From: a phage
Strand: one strand, 5' to 3'
Sequence record: PX104378.1
DNA: 64,000 bases
This document shows, one piece after another, positions 7,940 to 15,627 of the stretch. Below the pieces are notes generated by a model that made no database searches, was not told the DNA's origin, and was given only the letters and a program-made list of their open reading frames with translations. A program made the translations under genes and the position numbers. How positions within the stretch are numbered: position 1 is the stretch's first letter; each line of letters begins with the position of its first letter.

Positions 7940-8204
7940 AATTGTTAACTACCTTATCAGCTTCTTTTATTGTTTTTACATCAACTGCGATAATCCGTAA
8001 AGGTTCGTCGAAGGTCCACCAATGATCGTGATTATCAGCTTGTGATTTATCACCAAAGGAATCACGAATATCATTTTTACATTTATAGCTAATGTGACCT
8101 TCATAGTCAACATAAAGGTAATTATCAAAAATCGGCGTTTTTAAGATCATACCGAAAAATCTTTCTTTGTGTGTCTTATCCAGCGTTGCAGTAATTCGCA
8201 TCAT
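7926..8204 (-). CDS. HxHW-family small protein, copy 4 (92 aa)
   Basis: DNHDHWW ... RIIAVDV; AGAGGA SD. Confidence 0.6.
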   Translation of the reverse strand: MMRITATLDKTHKERFFGMILKTPIFDNYLYVDYEGHISYKCKNDIRDSFGDKSQADNHDHWWTFDEPLRIIAVDVKTIKEADKVVNNYEQI

Positions 8205-8216
8205 AATATATTCCTC

Positions 8217-8396
8217 TTAGAAAGGGATGGTCATTTCTTGAGCTTGTACATTCTCGTTAGGATTAAACTTCATCCAACCGATATTGTCTACCAGCATATG
8301 CACATTTTTATCATATCCTACGTGAGTAGTCAATACTGTATGTGCTTTACCTTCAACGATGATTTCCATGTACTTCTGAACTTCGATAGCTTTCAT
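8217..8396 (-). CDS. small hypothetical protein (59 aa)
   Basis: MKAIEVQKYMEIIVEGKAHTVL...; cassette leader GGAGAATCAAAATG. Confidence 0.45.
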   Translation of the reverse strand: MKAIEVQKYMEIIVEGKAHTVLTTHVGYDKNVHMLVDNIGWMKFNPNENVQAQEMTIPF

Positions 8397-8428
8397 TTTG
8401 ATTCTCCGTTTGTTGTCTTGATGGGAGT

Positions 8429-8457
8429 ATCTTACTACTCCCTTTAATCATTGTCAA
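8429..8457 (-). promoter_or_regulatory. sigma70-type early promoter cassette
   Basis: TTGACA-N17-TAAGAT on minus strand. Confidence 0.5.
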
Positions 8458-8460
8458 CGA

Positions 8461-8628
8461 TTATTTGTTAATTTCCGGTGCGTTGCTTGGATAGTAACCT
8501 TCTTTAACACCCAGATATTTTGCAACCATTCCGGTGATCTTCTGTGCTACTACGATATCGAATTTCAGGTAGTCTTCACCGTGGTTTGCTACAATGTATG
8601 CTTCGCATTCTGCTTTAGTCTGGAACAT
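8461..8628 (-). CDS. small hypothetical protein (55 aa), paralog of 5199..5366
   Basis: MFQTKAECEAYIVANHGEDYLKFDIVVAQKITGMVAKYLGVKEGYYPSNAPEINK; start taken at internal ATG behind the cassette leader. Confidence 0.5.
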   Translation of the reverse strand: MFQTKAECEAYIVANHGEDYLKFDIVVAQKITGMVAKYLGVKEGYYPSNAPEINK

Positions 8629-8662
8629 TTTTGATTCTCCTATATCTCGTTGGTATGTGTGC

Positions 8663-8692
8663 ATTATAGGGGATCGGTGACCCCCCTGTCAA
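8663..8692 (-). promoter_or_regulatory. sigma70-type early promoter cassette
   Basis: TTGACA-GGGGGGTCACCGATCCCC(18)-TATAAT on minus strand. Confidence 0.55.
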
Positions 8693-8699
8693 CAACTTT

Positions 8700-9002
8700 T
8701 TATTCTTCGTCTTTATCTTTATATGCGTATTTCATAAATTTGTCTGCCACTTCGTCCGCGTTTTCAGGTTCTACGTCTGACGCTAGGACAACAGCTAGTT
8801 CGGTTTTGTCGTTTCCATCATACCAATGATTATGAGTGTCGTTTTCTTCGATATAAAACGAATCATTTGGATATGGGCGACAATATACGTCTAAATTCCC
8901 ATCGATATAAAAGATCCAATCCGAATACAAAATGATTGTTTTAGCCAGATTTTTATTGTCTCTTACAAAAGGTTCCGCGACAAATAGCTTAGTTTGTTCC
9001 AT
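8700..9002 (-). CDS. HxHW-family small protein, copy 5
   Basis: THNHW ... LAVVLASDV; start at internal ATG (MEQTKLF) with GAGGAG SD. Confidence 0.55.
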   Translation of the reverse strand: MEQTKLFVAEPFVRDNKNLAKTIILYSDWIFYIDGNLDVYCRPYPNDSFYIEENDTHNHWYDGNDKTELAVVLASDVEPENADEVADKFMKYAYKDKDEE

Positions 9003-9018
9003 AGTAATCTCCTCAAAA

Positions 9019-9210
9019 TTATACAACTTCGTAAACTTCCCAATGTCCAACACCGGAACGCTTAACGAAAAGGTTTTCTTTGATGTTATTCATAAACGTC
9101 TGGATGGATTTAATGCGGTTGGAAGGTTTCCAGTCTTCGTTGGCATTGCGGCGATACATAATAACATTACCAGTTCTCTTATATTCAGCAACCATTTTAA
9201 GACCACACAT
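9019..9210 (-). CDS. hypothetical protein (63 aa)
   Basis: ORF with GAGGA SD 9 nt upstream. Confidence 0.4.
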   Translation of the reverse strand: MCGLKMVAEYKRTGNVIMYRRNANEDWKPSNRIKSIQTFMNNIKENLFVKRSGVGHWEVYEVV

Positions 9211-9267
9211 AATATTATCCTCAATTTATGGGAGAGTATTACCCCTCCCAATGATTGTTATATTACA

Positions 9268-9588
9268 TCACACAAAATGGCGTTTCAATGCTTCTTTTGC
9301 GGTTCCGCTAAGACTTTCGATCTCGCCTGGCATAACATCAACTGCCAGAACTTCTACAACATCCTCTGACCCCAACCAGTGAGTATGACCTTTGTAGAAC
9401 TTGATAACCAGACTACCTTCCTCATCCCATTTAACGCTATCGCTAGCCCACCACACATCACCGTCGATAAAGTTGATGTAAAGCACACTACGCCACATTG
9501 AATTAATTACTTTCAATACTGCGCCTTTCATATCTTCCACGGTGTGGTCTTCCATTTTGAAGACCTCGCCTACCTGAACTTTTGCCAT
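9268..9588 (-). CDS. HxHW-family small protein, copy 6 (106 aa)
   Basis: GHTHW ... VLAVDV; GAGGTGA SD. Confidence 0.6.
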   Translation of the reverse strand: MAKVQVGEVFKMEDHTVEDMKGAVLKVINSMWRSVLYINFIDGDVWWASDSVKWDEEGSLVIKFYKGHTHWLGSEDVVEVLAVDVMPGEIESLSGTAKEALKRHFV

Positions 9589-9605
9589 TTAGTCACCTCT
9601 CTTTA

Positions 9606-9785
9606 TTACATAACAATCACGCCAGCCGTTGAAAGTTGATGTTTCAACTGAGCATTTTCTGCTACTGTCAAATCAATGATTTCTTGTGACGCTGCAATCA
9701 TATAACCATTGGTGATATTGTTTTGCATCAGTTCAATGGTTTCTTCGTTGTAGCGGATTTTAGCGATGATTTCGTTGAAGTTCAT
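9606..9785 (-). CDS. small hypothetical protein (59 aa)
   Basis: MNFNEIIAKIRYNEETIELMQ...; cassette leader TAGGAGAATCAAACATG. Confidence 0.45.
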   Translation of the reverse strand: MNFNEIIAKIRYNEETIELMQNNITNGYMIAASQEIIDLTVAENAQLKHQLSTAGVIVM

Positions 9786-9819
9786 GTTTGATTCTCCTAG
9801 TTCGTTTCGGTATGTGTGT

Positions 9820-9848
9820 AGTATAGGGGATCACCGATCCCCTGTCAA
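9820..9848 (-). promoter_or_regulatory. sigma70-type early promoter cassette
   Basis: TTGACA-GGGGATCGGTGATCCCC(17)-TATACT on minus strand. Confidence 0.55.
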
Positions 9849-9861
9849 CAACTTTTTTGAA

Positions 9862-10338
9862 TTATTTTTCTTGATGCTCGCGCTCGTACTTTTCGAAATA
9901 AAATTCTACTGGCTGGTCGTGGATTGACAGTAAGCCAAAGCGTTTAGCCGCTCGCAACCCCATATTGCGCTGAATGTACTTCTGGAAGTTCTCGCGTATA
10001 CACTTACGCCAGTATTCTAAGCCCATACAGCTTTTATAAAGATTGCATTGCACACACGCCGGATTCATGTTATCAAGTATATCATGCTCCGGTTTATGCA
10101 TTCCTACAACCTTATACTTCCACGATCCATCATCATTACGGGCAATTCGTCCATTTTCATCATAGACTACTTTTGAGCGTCGTAATACTGGTTTGATGTG
10201 GTCTGCGTGCCAGCGATCCCCTAGTTCCTCGCCACAATAGGCACAACGTCCACCATATTTCATTTTCAGGATCTGGCGTTGCTCTTTCTTTGACAATTTT
10301 TTAGGTTTAGGGGCTTTCGCCCCTTCATTATCACACAT
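9862..10338 (-). CDS. HNH endonuclease (homing-endonuclease-like)
   Basis: 158 aa; CAYCG ... WHADHIKP ... NMNPACVQCN (HNH with flanking Cys pairs); start overlaps ligase stop by 8 nt. Confidence 0.7.
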   Translation of the reverse strand: MCDNEGAKAPKPKKLSKKEQRQILKMKYGGRCAYCGEELGDRWHADHIKPVLRRSKVVYDENGRIARNDDGSWKYKVVGMHKPEHDILDNMNPACVQCNLYKSCMGLEYWRKCIRENFQKYIQRNMGLRAAKRFGLLSIHDQPVEFYFEKYEREHQEK

Positions 10339-11833
10339 CGAATACCTCTTTTACTGTATTTGCAGTGGTCTTGTCGTAGCGAATACGTTTGATGATCGGG
10401 AGAAATAAAGAGAACTCCGGTTCATCTTCTTTACGTGATTTGCTGCGGATATACCCGTTGCATGTCATCTCAATGACTTTTCCAATCAGGTTATGACGGT
10501 CAGCCCATAACATTTCTCGGTCAAGTTCATTTCGACGATCGAACGGAATTACACGTTCGATACCATCATCACCTTTTTCGGTTGTAGTGTCGGTTAATCC
10601 CGATCCGGTGTTAGTCATCATTCGTCCACACGCACTACGGACAGTAAAACCGCCTACCTTATTGGGGTCTTTACTATGCGGATATACATCAACAATTTCC
10701 GCGTCGAAGTCAATCACTTCTTTAAATTTAACCTGATCTTTACTACGGCGATCTTCAAATACACCATGCAGATTTTTAAGGATAATACCTTCTAAGCCCA
10801 TGTTTACATAGCGATGATATACTTCGCGAGCTTCATCGATATTGTTAACTACAGTATTTTCGATTATCTGAACACGAGGATCGTTAAGTTCTTCAACAAT
10901 CTGTTTTAGTTCTTCGAATCGATCTTTATATTGCTTCGTTGCTCTCTCGTTTCCGTAATACACATCACGGTCGATAACATCCCAGACAGTGTAAACAATA
11001 CATTGGGCTTCTTCTTTTGGAATAGTTCCTTTCAGTGATTTGTTGAGGATACCATTTCCGGTCTGACGATCCGCAACAACGGATTCTTTTACTGCTTCCG
11101 CTACTGGCGTTAATGGTATTTCCTCTTCTTCAAATATCCATGACAGAGTACCATCATAAACGCTCTCAACGAAGTTCTGCGCTGGTGTTTGCGAAAGGGT
11201 AGGCATATATACCAATTCGCCATCTAGAACAATTCCACGGCCTCGTAGACGCTCTAAAACAGAAAACAAATCATCCAGCCCCTGGTAGGTATTACCTGAA
11301 CGGGTATAGATTGCTAATGTTTCCCCGTCAATATCAGCCATACCACGAGCGCCATCACTTTTAAGCTGTGCATATGCCGGATATTTGATATTAGCAATAG
11401 CCTTATCAGAATATGACGATGCAAGGTGGCATGGTTGCTGGGGGATCAGTTTCTTCCATACCTTGTTTGCAGTGGTAGCGGAACAACCGCATTCCAGATC
11501 ACGATTCAGGACCATCATTGCAACTTTAGCATCATCTTCTGACAAGCAAGTCAGAGTATCGGTAACTAGCTGTAATGCTGCATTACCAGTTACTTGACGC
11601 GTGGCAAGTTTATTTTTAAAGACCTGCAATGCACCGGATAAAGACAATACAGACGAATAGCGCGATGGTTTATCGTATTTCTTTACGCCAAACGTAACCT
11701 GTTTGCAATATGCCAGATAAAAGCATTCTTTCAGCGTTTCATTGCTTGCAGATTCTTTCAGGATCTTTTCTTTCAGCGATGTTTTGTCGGTCGCTGCAAG
11801 CTGGTTAATGATATTAAGAATTGACATTTTCAC
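10331..11833 (-). CDS. 30: ATP-dependent DNA ligase
   Basis: 500 aa; KSDGARG adenylation motif (KxDG); N-terminal half aligns with recalled T4 gp30 (...TGNAA..., ...RDLECG..., LASSY). Confidence 0.9.
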   Translation of the reverse strand: MKMSILNIINQLAATDKTSLKEKILKESASNETLKECFYLAYCKQVTFGVKKYDKPSRYSSVLSLSGALQVFKNKLATRQVTGNAALQLVTDTLTCLSEDDAKVAMMVLNRDLECGCSATTANKVWKKLIPQQPCHLASSYSDKAIANIKYPAYAQLKSDGARGMADIDGETLAIYTRSGNTYQGLDDLFSVLERLRGRGIVLDGELVYMPTLSQTPAQNFVESVYDGTLSWIFEEEEIPLTPVAEAVKESVVADRQTGNGILNKSLKGTIPKEEAQCIVYTVWDVIDRDVYYGNERATKQYKDRFEELKQIVEELNDPRVQIIENTVVNNIDEAREVYHRYVNMGLEGIILKNLHGVFEDRRSKDQVKFKEVIDFDAEIVDVYPHSKDPNKVGGFTVRSACGRMMTNTGSGLTDTTTEKGDDGIERVIPFDRRNELDREMLWADRHNLIGKVIEMTCNGYIRSKSRKEDEPEFSLFLPIIKRIRYDKTTANTVKEVFDV

Positions 11834-12293
11834 CTCGTTTTGTTAAACGTTCACGAATATCATTGAGGATACTACAAAATTCCGATTCGGTCAATATGGT
11901 CTTTAACGGATCAGTTCCACCTATGCTATGACGCAATTTCTTATTTCCGGTAGCGAGTAATGCTTTACAAAATTCTGGGTTATTCCGTGCCATCGTAACA
12001 AATGCCAGATGTACCAGTCTGTAATAATGCTCACTCATTCTATGAATCGGGCGACCCTGAAAATATAGCATGTGATTCTCTATCTTTTCAGCCCTTCCGG
12101 TTCTTTTTGCTTTGCCACCGTGCATCAAAAAGATTTCTCTTTGTCTCTGAGGGTTCTTAAATCTTAGCCCCTGTAAAAATCCTTCTGTGCTGTTAATATC
12201 GCAACCAAATAGACGGAATGGTCTTTTATTGAAATTACTCAATTCACCCGATGGATAAGGTCCACCCGCATAGATATCAATTTCAGAAGTCAT
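11814..12293 (-). CDS. NADAR / YbiA-like (DUF1768) protein
   Basis: 159 aa; ELSNF ... STEGFLQGLRF ... ALLATGNKKLRH parallels E. coli YbiA FSNF ... TSEHYFQAQKF ... ALLLATAPAKLVEH. Confidence 0.55.
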   Translation of the reverse strand: MTSEIDIYAGGPYPSGELSNFNKRPFRLFGCDINSTEGFLQGLRFKNPQRQREIFLMHGGKAKRTGRAEKIENHMLYFQGRPIHRMSEHYYRLVHLAFVTMARNNPEFCKALLATGNKKLRHSIGGTDPLKTILTESEFCSILNDIRERLTKRGENVNS

Positions 12294-12447
12294 TGAAACT
12301 AATCTCGCTAATCATAGAGAACGGATCATAATCGTCATGAGGAATATCGATAGTAATCGAATGAGGATTTACCCATACACCAAACTGGTCTTCTTCGGTG
12401 AATACTTCGGTATGGATTTCGTGGATGTTTACATTCATAGTTTTCAT
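12283..12447 (-). CDS. small acidic hypothetical protein (54 aa)
   Basis: AAGGAA SD; stop overlaps start of NADAR-like gene. Confidence 0.4.
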   Translation of the reverse strand: MKTMNVNIHEIHTEVFTEEDQFGVWVNPHSITIDIPHDDYDPFSMISEISFNDF

Positions 12448-12499
12448 AATAAAATTCCTTAATAATCAATAACTTACAAAATCATATAGCCAAAATATA

Positions 12500-12518
12500 G
12501 GCGGGATTATTTCCCGCC
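12500..12518 (-). terminator. rho-independent terminator after gene 31
   Basis: GGCGGGA-TTATT-TCCCGCC hairpin directly after stop. Confidence 0.5.
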
Positions 12519-12529
12519 GTTTAAAATCA

Positions 12530-12853
12530 TTAACCGTAAACTACCACAATATTCTGTTTGTGCGTTACAGTCCATTTCAGGTCGATCTCTTCTTCCTTCT
12601 TAACGCCGTTAATAACGTCTGGATGAGGAACTTTATTCATCTTGCCATGTGGCAGTAGAACAATTTTACCCAGCAATTCTTTATCTACAGTTTCACCAAT
12701 ATCAATAATCTTACCTACCAGCGGAATCTCGCCCATAGTGCGCTTTTGCTCAATAATGATCCCCATAGAGCTTTTTACTTCGGTCCCTGCGCTTTCTGCT
12801 TTAGCTTCGATAATTACATAATCACCAAGTGCTTTAGGAGTTTTAACGGTCAT
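12530..12853 (-). CDS. 31: co-chaperonin GroES-like gp31
   Basis: 107 aa; GDYVII, SMGIII, KVPHPDV parallel T4 gp31 GEYVIL, SGLIIG, NVPHPFV. Confidence 0.8.
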   Translation of the reverse strand: MTVKTPKALGDYVIIEAKAESAGTEVKSSMGIIIEQKRTMGEIPLVGKIIDIGETVDKELLGKIVLLPHGKMNKVPHPDVINGVKKEEEIDLKWTVTHKQNIVVVYG

Positions 12854-12894
12854 AATTTTATTACCTCTTCAAATCAATACAGTTTAATGATGAA

Positions 12895-13215
12895 TTATTT
12901 ATAAATTTCGACGATCTGCGCTGGAGTCAGCCCGTCTACATTAATCAGACTATCAAGCCCAAAACTACGGAAACCTTCAACTGCAATTTCATATACTGGC
13001 AAAGATGTTTCTGATTCTTTACGCGGTTTTTCAACATTCGGAACTAACCACTTTTCGTATGTTTCAAACGGCATCAGTGCCGGATCTCTCGTAGCGATCA
13101 TCTCGCGGACAGTACCATCTTTCTTAGTAAACTGCAAAGAGTGAGTACCGACCGAAAACATTTTCTTTAGTGCTTCACGAAGTGCGATATTATCAATTTG
13201 TTCGGTCATTATCAA
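12895..13215 (-). CDS. hypothetical protein (106 aa)
   Basis: ORF overlapping the 3' end of cd by 23 nt. Confidence 0.5.
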   Translation of the reverse strand: MIMTEQIDNIALREALKKMFSVGTHSLQFTKKDGTVREMIATRDPALMPFETYEKWLVPNVEKPRKESETSLPVYEIAVEGFRSFGLDSLINVDGLTPAQIVEIYK

Positions 13216-13708
13216 TACCCTTCAAATCAGTCAATAATGCTTTTGGAATACGCGTGATCGTAATATCTGCATTATTAAGAATATCAGCCCAATCACGCCC
13301 ACCATTTCGATCATATGTGTCGCAATAGTATAGATGTTTAATTCCACTGTTTGCAATTGCTTTAGCGCAATCTGGACACGGTGAAGCAGTACACCACATA
13401 CTAGCACCTTCAATCGATACACCGCTACGGGCAGCAAACAAAATAGCATTTAATTCAGCATGGATCTCGTTTTTCTGTGACCATGCACTATGTTCTGGTC
13501 GTTTTTCTGGGATCATTTTGCCGTCATCATCCAGCCAACCGCTTTTATGTGCATGACAGCTACAATTTACTTGCCCTGCTGGAGTGCCGTTAAATCCAGT
13601 AGAAATGATTCGCCCGTCTTTTTCAATTAGTGCGCCTACCTTCCACGAAACGCATTTAGAGTTCTTTGCGATTAGATAGGCGATCTGCATGTAAGTTTGT
13701 GACAACAT
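13193..13708 (-). CDS. cd: dCMP deaminase
   Basis: 171 aa; HAELNAI and SPCPDCAKAI zinc-ligand motifs (HAE ... PCxxC). Confidence 0.9.
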   Translation of the reverse strand: MLSQTYMQIAYLIAKNSKCVSWKVGALIEKDGRIISTGFNGTPAGQVNCSCHAHKSGWLDDDGKMIPEKRPEHSAWSQKNEIHAELNAILFAARSGVSIEGASMWCTASPCPDCAKAIANSGIKHLYYCDTYDRNGGRDWADILNNADITITRIPKALLTDLKGIDNDRTN

Positions 13709-13729
13709 AATATAATCCTCACATATTAA

Positions 13730-13933
13730 TTAACCGTATACGCGAAAGTATTCTACTGATCCGTCGCTATACTGTTTTACATTGAATGTATTCACACCAT
13801 GATCATTGCTCATAATGACATATACACTACGACGCTCATCACCAAACGGGTTAACTGGTGCGGGTTCAATTTCAACATTAAAACCACGTTTAGCAAGTGC
13901 TTCGCCTAATTGCTTGAGTTTATCGGTAAACAT
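13730..13933 (-). CDS. hypothetical protein (67 aa)
   Basis: ORF; stop overlaps pseT start region. Confidence 0.5.
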   Translation of the reverse strand: MFTDKLKQLGEALAKRGFNVEIEPAPVNPFGDERRSVYVIMSNDHGVNTFNVKQYSDGSVEYFRVYG

Positions 13934-14832
13934 TAAAAGTCTCCGTAGTTAACCTGAAAACATTCTACACCAATTGATCGGTACATGTCAACCACTTGAT
14001 CACGGTCATCTACTGCCAACACAACATGATAACGCGGTGCAATTTCAGAGAAGAAAATCTCTTTCTTCACTTCATGATCAGGACGACGATCATTAGTTTC
14101 ACGTTGAAAGTGATCACTAGGTTCGATACCTTGTTCACGCAACCATTGCAGCGTATCTTCCTCGCAAACATCCTCACGTCCTGAGCACGTAATGATACGA
14201 TAGCCATTATCACGATACAGTTTAAGCATTTCGATCACTTGCGGACGCGGTTTATCTTCTTTGACCTTTGTCCAGTCAAACGGATGACGACCGCCCTTAT
14301 CCGCTAATGTTCCATCAATATCAAAGATCACTGCCTTCGGCAGCATGGTATTCGGTTTGTATACTTCTTGACCCATATATTCCTGCATCAGATAAAATTG
14401 GTTACGCAAATGAGAAAGTGGAATTGCTTTCTCGCCGCGATAGAAATTACGTTTCTTTAGTGTCTCAAATGATTCATTGAACACTTGTTCAGTATACACC
14501 GCGTTAAATTCTTTTGCAAGTTCTTTGTAGAATACACGATGTTTTTCTTTCAGGTTGGTATCGGAGATAATGATACTCAATCCGCGTGATAGAGTCTCAC
14601 GAGCAATCATTCTCTGAATAGACTCTACCAGCTTTTCTTTTTCCTTAGTATACTTGTATTTCAAAAGTGAGTCAACACCAAACAACATAAGACGAAGATC
14701 ATCGCGATTCACATTACGATAATTACTAAACCGTTTACATGTTTCCATAGCCCATGTAGTTTTACCGGACCCAGAACAACCAACGGTTAAAATCACTTCA
14801 CATTTCGGCATTATTTCTCCTTCGGTTTGCAC
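13933..14832 (-). CDS. pseT: polynucleotide 5'-kinase / 3'-phosphatase
   Basis: 299 aa; P-loop GCSGSGKTT; phosphatase DxDGT (VIFDIDGTLA); collinear with recalled T4 Pnk to the C-terminal QVNYGDF. Confidence 0.9.
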   Translation of the reverse strand: MQTEGEIMPKCEVILTVGCSGSGKTTWAMETCKRFSNYRNVNRDDLRLMLFGVDSLLKYKYTKEKEKLVESIQRMIARETLSRGLSIIISDTNLKEKHRVFYKELAKEFNAVYTEQVFNESFETLKKRNFYRGEKAIPLSHLRNQFYLMQEYMGQEVYKPNTMLPKAVIFDIDGTLADKGGRHPFDWTKVKEDKPRPQVIEMLKLYRDNGYRIITCSGREDVCEEDTLQWLREQGIEPSDHFQRETNDRRPDHEVKKEIFFSEIAPRYHVVLAVDDRDQVVDMYRSIGVECFQVNYGDF

Positions 14833-15263
14833 CGTTCCTCATTAAGTTCTTTGCGATAATAACACATGATCAACTTACTTTCAAGTGTATATCTCTTAAT
14901 ATCCGCAAGCCAGACTCTGAATTTTTGGGAGTCCTCCCACGACATAGAAACTCTAGGTTTACCGTCTATTGTATCCACTTTCAGGTTAATGTCAACTTTT
15001 TCTATTGGTGCTGGTAGTGGAGGATGTAATTTCGGTTCCTGTGAATAATGGTCCATTGTACACGAAGAAAGAGCAAATACAATAGGCACAGCGAAGACAT
15101 GGATTATGGCGGTCTGAAAATTCTTATGTGCTTTCTTAAACATCCAGTGTATCACGAAAATTGAAAACACCATAAGGATAATAATGCTTGCACCTATCCC
15201 CAGATAATCAACCAGATTAAAATTGCTTATCTGCTCTTGCGTAGGCAATATTTCTATGCTCAT
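14811..15263 (-). CDS. membrane protein, possible o-spanin-like component
   Basis: two hydrophobic segments; internal Met followed by a lipobox-like FALSSC and Pro-rich PPLPAPIEK; GGAGG SD at first ATG. Confidence 0.4.
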   Translation of the reverse strand: MSIEILPTQEQISNFNLVDYLGIGASIIILMVFSIFVIHWMFKKAHKNFQTAIIHVFAVPIVFALSSCTMDHYSQEPKLHPPLPAPIEKVDINLKVDTIDGKPRVSMSWEDSQKFRVWLADIKRYTLESKLIMCYYRKELNEERCKPKEK

Positions 15264-15583
15264 TTAGTAGCCTCCTTTAATTCTTCGGTAAACTCCTTAA
15301 ATGAATCATTAAGCTGTTTCTCTACCAACTTGGGTTTTTGTGCTACTACATAGCCTCGTGTAGCGTCTTTCATTGCTTTGTTTTGTTCTTCGGCAAACTT
15401 AGTTCTTATTCCGTACATCTCCTTTTGTAGTGAGTCTACGACCTTCATCTTTTCATCTGTCTTTTTCTTATACTCTGTAAATTCCTGATTCAGTCGATCT
15501 ACCTCCTTTTTATTTTCCCACCACATATTGCCACCTATCCCCAACAACACAGATATGATAACAATGTATATCAGCTTTGACAT
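15260..15583 (-). CDS. i-spanin-like protein (N-terminal TM plus coiled coil)
   Basis: start at internal ATG (MSKLIYIVIISVLLGIGG) downstream of terminator hairpin; the predicted Lys/Glu-rich helix is periplasmic. Confidence 0.45.
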   Translation of the reverse strand: MSKLIYIVIISVLLGIGGNMWWENKKEVDRLNQEFTEYKKKTDEKMKVVDSLQKEMYGIRTKFAEEQNKAMKDATRGYVVAQKPKLVEKQLNDSFKEFTEELKEATK

Positions 15584-15603
15584 ATTACCCCCAACGACAA
15601 AAG

Positions 15604-15621
15604 GCGGGGAACTAGCCCCGC
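15604..15621 (-). terminator. rho-independent terminator after rnlA
   Basis: GCGGGG-AACTAG-CCCCGC hairpin followed by UUUUGUCG. Confidence 0.55.
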
Positions 15622-15627
15622 TTATTA

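Noticed and set aside
9215-9262. Additional promoter cassette upstream of 9019..9210
   Set aside because: A GGGAG...CTCCC stem-loop resembling cassette leaders is present, but the -35 is TTGGGA and the -10 TAAATT, too degenerate to call.
2847-9848. Possible CRISPR array suggested by the regularly recurring about 30-bp TTGACA...TATAAT elements
   Set aside because: Repeats are not identical, are spaced 200-400 bp apart with ORFs between them, and each has promoter -35/-10 geometry followed by an SD and ATG; these are promoter cassettes, not CRISPR repeats.
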